Origin: a virus
Taxonomy: Duplodnaviria; Caudoviricetes
DNA: 64,000 nucleotides
IMG/VR virus record: IMGVR_UViG_3300042258_000071
Location: 32,001 to 96,000 of that record
Reading direction: 5' to 3' (one strand)
Part shown: piece after piece, positions 20,096 through 28,896 of the stretch
Layout: each line of letters starts with the position of its first letter
Position numbering within the stretch: position 1 is the stretch's first letter
Position numbers and translations under genes: made by a program
The notes under the pieces: generated by a model
Seen by the model: the letters and a program-made list of their open reading frames with translations, nothing else
What the model was told of the DNA's origin: nothing
The model's database searches: none

Positions 20096-23000
20096 ATCGT
20101 CTTGAGTGCCACCTGGCATAAGAAGAGCTGGTGTACTTAGAATGTTAGAAGGTTCTAAATCGCTAGAAGCCTGCTGTTCACCATACATCCCTCGGGTGTT
20201 AATAATGCGAGGGTTTGCAGACATGTAGGCATTAAAAGCAACTTTTCCAGAATCAGGTACAGACTCAGAAAGAATTCCTACACCATCTTTAGGATACTGA
20301 CGATCCGTAATCACAAATGATTGTTGCGACCGACCACCGGCACCCCCATATGTTGTTTGTGTTTTAGATTTGATATCATGAATGGGGTTAATACTGTCAA
20401 CTGGTTGTAGAGTAGGATCTTGAACAATAGATAGGAAAACTGCTTCAGGGTTGATAGAGAAACTCTTATTAGGATCACGACTAGCTTGATATCGAGCAAA
20501 TTCACGTGCCATAGCGTTATAAACGAAATATGGGAATCGTTCATATCCGCGTGTTCTAAAGTTTTCTAAACTAGAAGCATCTTTTGCTTCCACTGTTGAG
20601 AGCATTTCTGTTGCTCGATACAGGAGACCCTTAACTGTAGTAGGTTCCCCCATGCTAATCAAAACTTCCCGTGTAATAGGATCTACAAATAGATCAAAAA
20701 AACTGTTGATCCCTTTTAGAATATTTGTAGAGTGACCTGCATCAGAGAGTAGTGTGAAGTAAGTATCGACGATATCAAAATCGTCAAGATTCCAAGCTCT
20801 CGTTTCAAAGCGCTTAAGGCCACTTAAAATAAGAGACCCTGTAAGAGGGTATCTTGAAAAGACAAGTTTCCCATCTTTAAAGGGGATCATGATGTCATCT
20901 AGTTTAACAATAGCCCGTTTACCTGTTGGGTAAAACCTATAGGGGTGTTTAATATCTTTAAGAAGTGTTGAGAGACCAAATCGATATCCTAAGAAAAATG
21001 CAATCGGCCATGATTTATCTTGAAGTTTAATCTCAACCCATTCAGAAGGTGTTTTAGAAAGAGGAATCTGATCCCCATACAAAGTATTTAGAAGCTCTCG
21101 TATGGTAAACATCTCAACTGGGTGATCTTTGTCTTTGACACTGATAACGCGAATGATGTTATCTTTACCATAGAACATACTGTCACCATTCTTCTCACCA
21201 CAGAAAACCCCATATTTTTCTTCTAGAGGTTCACGGTACTTTTGAAGGAGACTACTTTGGTCTATTGCTTCAGTTGCAAGTTGAAGAGTTGTTGCAGTAA
21301 GACGATTTTTATAATTAAATGTGAAATGATAATCGTTTAATTTAAGACGACCATAACTCCCCATGAGGACCCCATAATCATACGGGACCTTATCTTCGGT
21401 AGAACTTGTTCCAAATTCAAGATAAATAAGACCTGCCTTCTTAAGAGAGGAGATGTATTTCTTGATACTAGATTTAAAGCTATATGCTGCGCGTTGAGTT
21501 CTTTCTACAAGTGCTTTATTAAAATTAGATGAAAGGTTAACACGATGAGGACTTACTTTGCAGATCGGTAGATTGATCTGTTGCTTCGTCATTCGATAGT
21601 CCACCCCATTGACCCTAATGGTTCCTTCCGGACTCACAATAGGTAGTCTAAAACGACACGTATGTCGCTTTCCCTTGGGATCTTTAAAAGTTATGGTGTA
21701 ATGCCTAATATAATTAAACTCAGTAATTTCATCTTCTTCTTTAACGTCTTGAAGTATCATCCCAACGCCACTAAAAGAAGATAAAACAAGGGCAACATCT
21801 CGGTTGAGAGATTCTCGAATATAAACATTGTCAAAATCCATAATAGAAGATTTCGTCATGGATTTATCTTCAACATAATCTTCTAAGAAAGAGAGTTCTA
21901 CTGATGGATCAGTGTTAGGTTCCGTGTTGAGATATGACGCAATGCTTCTACCAGCAAGATCGATATTGGCATAATGGTTCTCAGCTTCTAAGACCGTTTC
22001 TTTCTGTTTAGAAGTGAGGTTAAGATTCGGATCATTTAAGATGCTTTTAAGTGATGTTGAAATATATTCATTGTGGTCTGGAGCATCCACATAAGAACTT
22101 ACAGGAAGAGGGTCTTCTGGGAGTAAAGATTTAGTGTCAATTGTTGAGAGGTCTGTACTTTGATAAAGAGTGTGTTCAATGGGGAGATCTGTTGGGTCTA
22201 CCGGAACATCTTCTACGTCATCGGCGTCCTCCATGACATCCGTTAAAGTAGAAGTTACACTATCTGCAAATTTATCAATATCTTCATCTGTAAAGTCATC
22301 GTCTAAATTTTGAGTAGTGTCGTCCTCATTTCTAGGTTCAGATTGATTATCTTTCTTTTCTTTAAGGTCTTCAAGAAGGTCAGCTGCTTTAAACTTCATG
22401 ACGTTAACATGTCGAATCATCATGATGTTGTCAGTTTTATTAGGCAACATTAAAGGGAGATCACCAAGATTATAGATGATACCATCTGATGACTGTCCAC
22501 ATGTTAAAATGACATGGATGCGATCAAGATGATCTTTTATATCAGGAATCTTAAAAAGGGAGGTTGTAGCATTCTGAGTTACAATCCCTAGCAAATGGAT
22601 CATGTAGTAATACGAGGGATCCCCTACAACCTTAAGGGATGCAGGCGTAATTTCCTCAAAAGCTCTTAGGAACTGTTCACGTTTAAGGGGTTCTGCTGAA
22701 ATAGGAATTTGAATGAACTGGAGTTTCTCAGGATGACTTTCTGCAATTTTAAGTATTTGATACAACATGGATTTCAAAAGAAGATCCATCTTACGATAAG
22801 CTACAAGTCGACCTGTCATGTAAGTATACAAGAGCGGGTTGTAACTAAAAATGGATAATGCATTTTTACGAGATAAGATCTGTTTTACATCTGTCATACG
22901 TTTTGTAAGTTTACTTGTCTGATTGAATTTTTGAATTTGACTGTTAAATTTTACAGCATTGTGAATGTAGTTTCCAATTGGTGCTAACTGTTTATCATCT

Positions 23001-23275
23001 TTTGGAGGGAGTTCTGTTACATGATGGGCATAGACCGGAAATTCTTCATTTACAATAAAGGGATTAGAAACATCGATTGAGATAGCGCCAGACTCGGTTA
23101 AAAACAATTTATCTGCAATATGCAGTACACTATCAAAGGGAAGTTGTGCATTGCTAAAGTCTGAGATTTTCTTAGGAAGATCCGATCTCCGCCACGCCAT
23201 ATACCCCCTACGAAACACTGGGTACTGCATTCTTTCTTGTGCGATCTGATCACGTTCTAAAATGTTGTCATCCAT
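20096..23275 (-). CDS. rpoB: Virion RNA polymerase beta-like subunit, exon 1 (spliced product about 1541 aa)
   Basis: Start ATG 23275 with an AGGAG RBS. Contains GTIRVNG, QQINLPICKV, INPIHDIK, TYGGAGGRS, SESVPDSGKV and ALLMPGGTQDD. Confidence 0.88.
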
Positions 23276-23364
23276 AGTTATACTCCTATTAAAATATATA
23301 CCTACACATAAAAGTATAGGGGAAGCATCATACCATACATCGGTGCGTGTCATCTATATTTAGA

Positions 23365-23382
23365 TATATATTACTATTTTGA
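23365..23382 (+). promoter_or_regulatory. Putative early promoter TATATATTACTATTTTGA
   Basis: Identical to the 11893 copy; 21 nt before ORF 23404. Confidence 0.7.
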
Positions 23383-23403
23383 ATTGTCGCAAGGAGACTG
23401 ACA

Positions 23404-23967
23404 ATGAACGTTTGGAATTGGATTAAATCTTTCACTAAACAAAATGAGGGGGTCCCAAAATTTATCGCTAATCCTCATAACCAAAAAGTTCCTGAGCAAG
23501 AAATTTTTCAGGAACTTGAGGCCGTAACTTCTCAGTTCCCACTAATACTCAAAGCCGATGGTGATGTTTCAAAACGTTCACCGATATATCTCACTCTTCA
23601 ACAGGCGAATTTTACTGAAGATGATCTTGGAAATCCTGTATCTTCCAGTGTGATCTTGGAAAAGATGGGGAGGGTCCCTATTTTAAATATATTTGATCAA
23701 ACAGATATAATCATTTCCAAAAATTACCTCAAGATTGGAAAGTTGGCAAATGATTCATTGCTTATTCGAGTCAATTGCCGAATCAAACTTGAGGGTTCTA
23801 ATGAAGACATGTCTGATCACCTTACGATGGTGGTCCCTCCCTCCCGTAAAGAGGACGTGCACGATGTTCTCATTACATATGCCGGTAAGCATCTGGAAGG
23901 TGGAATCTCCGACATCAAATGGGAAAAACGCGTTCTTAACGTTCTTAAAGCATTACCCACAACTTGA
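23404..23967 (+). CDS. Hypothetical early protein
   Basis: 187 aa; AAGGAG RBS. Confidence 0.75.
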   Translation: MNVWNWIKSFTKQNEGVPKFIANPHNQKVPEQEIFQELEAVTSQFPLILKADGDVSKRSPIYLTLQQANFTEDDLGNPVSSSVILEKMGRVPILNIFDQTDIIISKNYLKIGKLANDSLLIRVNCRIKLEGSNEDMSDHLTMVVPPSRKEDVHDVLITYAGKHLEGGISDIKWEKRVLNVLKALPTT

Positions 23968-23970
23968 AAC

Positions 23971-24006
23971 ATACAAGCATGGTGGGATTTCCCACCATGC
24001 TTGTAT
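23971..24006. terminator. Long palindromic stem-loop
   Basis: ATACAAGCATGGTGGGA-TT-TCCCACCATGCTTGTAT. Confidence 0.7.
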
Positions 24007-24042
24007 TTATGCATTTGCAGCACCAATGACGTATGGAGAACT

Positions 24043-24300
24043 ATGGGTTTAATGTCATATAAGGAGAGTGACTCAACAGACTCTGATAGTTATGACCTTA
24101 ACTTGAGGATATCTGAGCTTATATTGTTTTACAAATTTTTAATGAAATATCCAACACTAAACCCTTCCATTGATCAGTATATCCATGATTGTGAAAGGAT
24201 CGACTCTTTGAAATTTATCATCCCATCTGAACTCTATAATCATGCGACAGCCATATTAAATAACGTGGCGCAGGAACATGGGTTCTTCTTCGAAAGGTAA
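24043..24300 (+). CDS. Small hypothetical protein
   Basis: GGAG upstream of ATG 24043/24052. Confidence 0.6.
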   Translation: MGLMSYKESDSTDSDSYDLNLRISELILFYKFLMKYPTLNPSIDQYIHDCERIDSLKFIIPSELYNHATAILNNVAQEHGFFFER

Positions 24301-24306
24301 TCTCTT

Positions 24307-25224
24307 ATGTCAGCATTTTCAACCATGTCTAAAGTAGCAGCTGGTGCAACCGCATTCACCGGGGTCTATTATGGCTTCAAAGTCGGAAGTTATATTTTTA
24401 AAGAAAATACGTTCCGGAGTATGTCAAATGAAATATACTGGGAGAATCTTAAGAAAATATTAACAATAATATTTTCCGCATCATCTCGCACGGGGGTGAC
24501 TCTTCCCGATGGATTATGGGTTGAAACCATCAAACTTGCGTGGATAAGGAGTCTTGGAGATGGATTTGCGCCTAAAACCAACCCGTCAGTGCAAGAACAG
24601 CGGGTAATTGCGGTTACGCTCGTCGAGGAAATCTTCGAGAAAATCATCGAGAAAATTGAGCTTAAGAGTGCATATGAGAAAATCAGTTATGCCCATAAGG
24701 GTCTCTCTAACACATCGTGCCCAGCACCCCATGGGTGGCAGGGTTTCATCGATGAGTTCTTTACCGAGAAGGGTTATGAGATTCCTGTAAATGAGCAAGG
24801 CCCTTATTGGGGGCAGCTTGAGTTCATTTATGAGATCCTTGTAGCTGCAACACCGCGTTCGCAGGTCGTGCTAAACGATGGTGCTTGGGAGGGGATCTTG
24901 GGTATGGTTCTTGAAAATATGACACCTGAAGATCAGGAACTTCATGCCGATCCAAGGAGTCATCGATTGCTCCACATTGCTCTTATTGAGCATGTCTACG
25001 AACGCTTGATCAAAAATGTCGGTCTCAATGTTGCGTATAACCGAATTTGCTATGCGCATAAAAATCTTAATGACAAGTCTTGTCCGGCACATTGCGGCTG
25101 GGATAAGTTTATCGAAACCTTCTTTGAAGAGAAAGGTTTGAAATTCGAATCTGACGACGACATATCACCCCCATCAAACAAAGGTCTTCATGAGACCGTA
25201 TCACGAGGAGGTTCCTCATCATGA
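24307..25224 (+). CDS. Membrane-anchored protein with a tandemly duplicated ~120-aa domain
   Basis: N-terminal hydrophobic stretch, then YAHKGLSNTSCPAPHGWQGFIDEFFTEKG and YAHKNLNDKSCPAHCGWDKFIETFFEEKG. Confidence 0.75.
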   Translation: MSAFSTMSKVAAGATAFTGVYYGFKVGSYIFKENTFRSMSNEIYWENLKKILTIIFSASSRTGVTLPDGLWVETIKLAWIRSLGDGFAPKTNPSVQEQRVIAVTLVEEIFEKIIEKIELKSAYEKISYAHKGLSNTSCPAPHGWQGFIDEFFTEKGYEIPVNEQGPYWGQLEFIYEILVAATPRSQVVLNDGAWEGILGMVLENMTPEDQELHADPRSHRLLHIALIEHVYERLIKNVGLNVAYNRICYAHKNLNDKSCPAHCGWDKFIETFFEEKGLKFESDDDISPPSNKGLHETVSRGGSSS

Positions 25225-25409
25225 ATTTTGCATTCTGGTTCGTCTTTCTCGGACTGATGCCTGCCCTCGCCATTTTCATCTTTGAGACAGTGTGCTGGGT
25301 ATTGCGGCGCATCAATCGTGACGATGCGAATGACGATGTCGAACATGCCGATGAGGCATATTTAAAAGAGTCCCTACTCTTGAAGAATTCTACGTTCTTC
25401 AGAAAATAG
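25221..25409 (+). CDS. Small membrane protein
   Basis: 62 aa; N-terminal TM; ATGA overlap with the previous gene; GAGGAGG RBS. Confidence 0.65.
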   Translation: MNFAFWFVFLGLMPALAIFIFETVCWVLRRINRDDANDDVEHADEAYLKESLLLKNSTFFRK

Positions 25410-25416
25410 GGAACCC

Positions 25417-25449
25417 ATATGGGGGACCCTTTCTTAGGGTCCCCCATAT
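25417..25449 (+). terminator. Stem-loop with U-tract
   Basis: ATATGGGGGACCCT-TTCTT-AGGGTCCCCCATAT followed by a T run. Confidence 0.75.
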
Positions 25450-25475
25450 TTTTTTTCAATGGTATGATACGAGAG

Positions 25476-25670
25476 ATGCAGCTCGTCCACTTCTATATGT
25501 ATCGATCCGACATGACACCTCAAATTCTTGCGGTCCATATCGCTTTTATATTGCTGTTTCTAGGATTTATAGGATTCTTTGTAGCAATGATTTTTTACGC
25601 ATATAAGAGCGGTGATATAGAAGAGTTTTACACTGACCTTCTCAAGTTCTTTTTCCTTAGAAAGACATAG
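25476..25670 (+). CDS. Small membrane protein
   Basis: One long hydrophobic segment; start uncertain (25476 or 25512). Confidence 0.5.
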   Translation: MQLVHFYMYRSDMTPQILAVHIAFILLFLGFIGFFVAMIFYAYKSGDIEEFYTDLLKFFFLRKT

Positions 25671-25674
25671 AGAT

Positions 25675-25706
25675 AGATAAGAGAGGGGGTGCCCCCTCTC
25701 TTATCT
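25675..25706. terminator. Long palindromic stem-loop between convergent genes
   Basis: AGATAAGAGAGGGGG-TG-CCCCCTCTCTTATCT. Confidence 0.75.
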
Positions 25707-25709
25707 CTA

Positions 25710-25898
25710 TTATACATTTTTAAGAGGATTTTGATAGGTCATCTGAATCATCATAAGGTCTATCATATCACTAAACGTTCCCTTTAAGAACTTACCTTCA
25801 GGAGTTAGAAATGATCTTGGACTTTCCATGTATTCAGACAGTTCACGTGTAGTGTCTTCACCCCAAATGTAATTCACAGATGAAGTATCCCCATCATA
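25710..25898 (-). CDS. rpoC: Virion RNA polymerase beta'-like subunit, exon 2 (missing from the ORF track)
   Basis: 63 codons: YDGDTSSVNYIWGEDTTRELSEYMESPRSFLTPEGKFLKGTFSDMIDLMMIQMTYQNPLKNV*. Completes the catalytic ADYDGD motif. Confidence 0.88.
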   Translation of the reverse strand, partial: YDGDTSSVNYIWGEDTTRELSEYMESPRSFLTPEGKFLKGTFSDMIDLMMIQMTYQNPLKNV

Positions 25899-26261
25899 CC
25901 TTTATATTCCATAAAGGATCGGTCGCCCCTTATGCGCAGCATAACCTGCAGCTATGACTTTCATCATAGAGTAGACTATATCTTCACTATAGGTTGTGTG
26001 GTGTAACCCTTAAGTGTCTCCTATTTCGGGTCCCTTGACCCTACTCCCCGCTACGGGATAGTCGTTGAACGTTCACCATACTACTGTCGTCACGACATGT
26101 ATAAGGCGCTTCGCTGCTGATCATCCATTGTAACATTTGATACCTTTTTGAACTATCACGCTCACCTTTTCAGGTCACGTTGTAGTGTATCAACTTTAGG
26201 ACTTTCCAGCAATTAAGGAGATATCATCTTAGCTATTTCTAACTAAGTGGACTATCAATTA
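25899..26261 (-). ncRNA. Group I intron (IA-like, 363 nt, no ORF) inside the RNAP catalytic motif
   Basis: Exon ends GCU GAU and the intron ends ...AAAGG. P AAUUGCUGGAAA, Q GAUCAGCAGC, R GUUCAACGACUA, S AAGAUAUAGUCU; P3 UCUCCU/AGGAGA; a plausible P1 with U.G at the splice site. Confidence 0.92.
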
Positions 26262-27818
26262 ATCAGCTCCAAGCCCCCCAAGGGCACTTGTATGAACAAT
26301 CGTACTATCTAAAAATCCGTCATTAGCATCTAAAGATGGATAATGTGGATACTCAGCATCGTCCTCACCTGTAATGAGGTCATACAGTTTAACGGTGCGA
26401 GAGTTGGATGTTGAGTTAAGGTGTATTTTAGCAGGATAACATGATCCATCTTCAATAGCAGGGTACCGCGTCACCATAGCGTATTTATTAAATGTGGCGA
26501 TATACGTTGCAAGATATACGATCTCAGCCCATGTGATGGGGCGGAGTTTTGTACGATCAACTTTTTTACCTAAATTCTTCTCAAGATCGCCAAGACTCCT
26601 AACGATGGAAATTCGATCACCTTGATCATATACCAAGCAAAGGTAGAAAGGTTTCTTATCACGATTATAAATAGTGACAGCTGACCGTCGAACATCTTCA
26701 TTTGAGAACCGAGTTAACCACTTGTTAATACCTGTCCTTGTAACGAATTTATCTTTTTCTAATTGAGAGATTTCTGTATATACAAGATTTAAAGTTTTAG
26801 GATCAGTGAGAGGAACATTAACCTCATCACTCTCTCCTAAGATGGGGGTGAAAAACGCTGTCTTAAGATGGTGGATAACGAAGGGCTCCATCCCTTTGCA
26901 GGATTGATAAAGTCCTACCATAACTTCATCAGGTTTAAGAGACCGTGGATCATCAGGAGAATCCATCACATAACTTGCAGCACTTAGAACATTACGAGTT
27001 CCAAATGCCACTGAACGTGATCCATACCCACCATTTTGCATGAATCCTCGTTTACCAGTTTGGAAGTTCTCAAGGTAATCATAAACTTCAATAGCTTTCT
27101 CTTGAAGTTTATATCGAACTTGATTATAAATAGGGTTAACTGTTTTTTCTGGAATAGATAAACTTAAAGATATCATACTCCGATAGAGCTTGTTTATTTC
27201 ATCTTGCACCATGCGCGCACCAGACTCGATTCGAATATCTCGAAATCCTGCAGGAAGAACGATGTACTTATTAATAAGAGAAACCTCTCGATACTGATTT
27301 AAGAGGGTGACTCGGTTTTCACGTTTGAGGGATTCTGTTAAAGGAAATTCAATTTCATGATAGTGCGATAAGAAGAACGCATAACCTGTTCCGGCATCTT
27401 CAACATCCTCTGGATCCCCAACAACACGTTCAAAATTTTTTATCTCAGAGTTAAATGTTGCATAAACACGCCCTGCTAAAATGTCGTCATACAGAGAACT
27501 TATTTTGATGAGATTTTTATAAATAATAGGAGCGATGATGTTACTGCTTAGAGGGAGGAACCCAAATTTCTTCATGCGATCATCTGAACCCACTGCCCCA
27601 AAGATTTCTTCTGAGAAGAGACCGTCTTTATGAAAGAGCGTTGTTGATGGTTCTAAGACATCAAATGACGTTACCGCTGCAATAATATTTTTCTGAACAA
27701 AGTCATCTACATCCATAACGCGGATGTTAAAAGGTCCATAACCGGAATTTTTCATATTCGATAAATCTTCAAGCCCTTTAGACCGATTCACAATATCGAA
27801 TGGAATTTGCTGTACCAT
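26262..27818 (-). CDS. rpoC: Virion RNA polymerase beta'-like subunit (phiKZ gp180-like), exon 1 (spliced product about 581 aa)
   Basis: DGLFSEEIFG, VLPAGFRD, GKRGFMQ, GTRNVLSA and VTRYPA; ends GLGAD at the intron. Confidence 0.9.
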
Positions 27819-27961
27819 GAGTCCTCACTTTTAAACGATATGACATGGTCTTTAAGAATATCATCCACTAGTTCACAATTACAACCAATTAGGGGTCCCC
27901 TCGTATGATGGGGTGTAATTGTGCACAATAATATCCCTAAGTATAATCAGACTGGGTTAAA

Positions 27962-27971
27962 ATCATACTAT
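27962..27971 (-). promoter_or_regulatory. Putative late promoter ATAGTATGAT
   Basis: Exact copy of the 6278 motif, upstream of the beta'-like gene. Confidence 0.45.
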
Positions 27972-28032
27972 GCAGTTGCCACCTGTGGGAATTCCCTATA
28001 GGAATAAGGTATAAAAATTAAGAGGAATTTTT

Positions 28033-28869
28033 ATGAAAAAAGAAAACTTTTCAGATGAAGAAGTTAAGAATGCAGATTATGAACTTGAACGTTTAAACGA
28101 GTCTGTTATTAAGAACACTCTTATCACTTCAGATCACATTTATTTGGACCTTGCTCTCATTAAAGATCTTGAGATCGGAACAGTTATGGCAATGGCATCT
28201 CAGAGGGATGATGCATTTTGTGCAAATGTTTATAAGAAGATACAAGATGGGCTCCCTGCGTATAATAAACGCGTCTATAGTGATATCACCGGATATATAG
28301 ATCTTCCCTTCTCCCGTGAGGAAATCAATGATTACATGTACGACCCTAAAAACAGTGATCGCATTTTCCTATGTTCACCCTCAACTGCTTTTATTAAAGA
28401 ATTTGGTAAGAATCTCGTTGTCAACATCAACCATTCCTTTGTTGCAGATAAACGAAACATCCCAATTCGAGTACACATTAACACTCACCCTTTAACCTTA
28501 AGTGCAGAGTTTGGGAAAACCTTAACAGGGTTCATCGCGATGACGTTTGATGTGCATGCAACATATTTCTCACAAGACCCCATTGCAATTTCGTACAACC
28601 GATATCAGAAATTTGATGAGTTCTATTTTTATCATTTCTCACAATTTTCATTACATCCTAAGATTCATGAAAAATTAGGCTCTTTTCAAATGTTTGACAA
28701 GTATGTATATGCACTCGCATCTCTGGGACCTGTCATGGGGAAACTCCCTTCAAACCCTAAATATAAAGAAAAGTATGTTACAGAATCCTTCTTAAAGATT
28801 GAATCAGGATTTTTAGCAATTTTTAAACAATTTAAACTTATTAAACCAGAAATGTGCGCCCCTGTGTGA
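28033..28869 (+). CDS. Hypothetical protein
   Basis: 278 aa; GAGGA RBS. Confidence 0.75.
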   Translation: MKKENFSDEEVKNADYELERLNESVIKNTLITSDHIYLDLALIKDLEIGTVMAMASQRDDAFCANVYKKIQDGLPAYNKRVYSDITGYIDLPFSREEINDYMYDPKNSDRIFLCSPSTAFIKEFGKNLVVNINHSFVADKRNIPIRVHINTHPLTLSAEFGKTLTGFIAMTFDVHATYFSQDPIAISYNRYQKFDEFYFYHFSQFSLHPKIHEKLGSFQMFDKYVYALASLGPVMGKLPSNPKYKEKYVTESFLKIESGFLAIFKQFKLIKPEMCAPV

Positions 28870-28896
28870 CACCTTTCATAATAAGAGGTTTTATTT

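Noticed and set aside
26259-26261. Stop-codon readthrough or an alternative genetic code at the beta' TAA
   Set aside because: The sequence after the stop is intron core, and the other genes read normally with the standard code.
19741-26261. Homing endonuclease inside or between the introns
   Set aside because: The introns are only 355 and 363 nt, and I saw no HNH, GIY-YIG or LAGLIDADG motif in the intervening ORFs.
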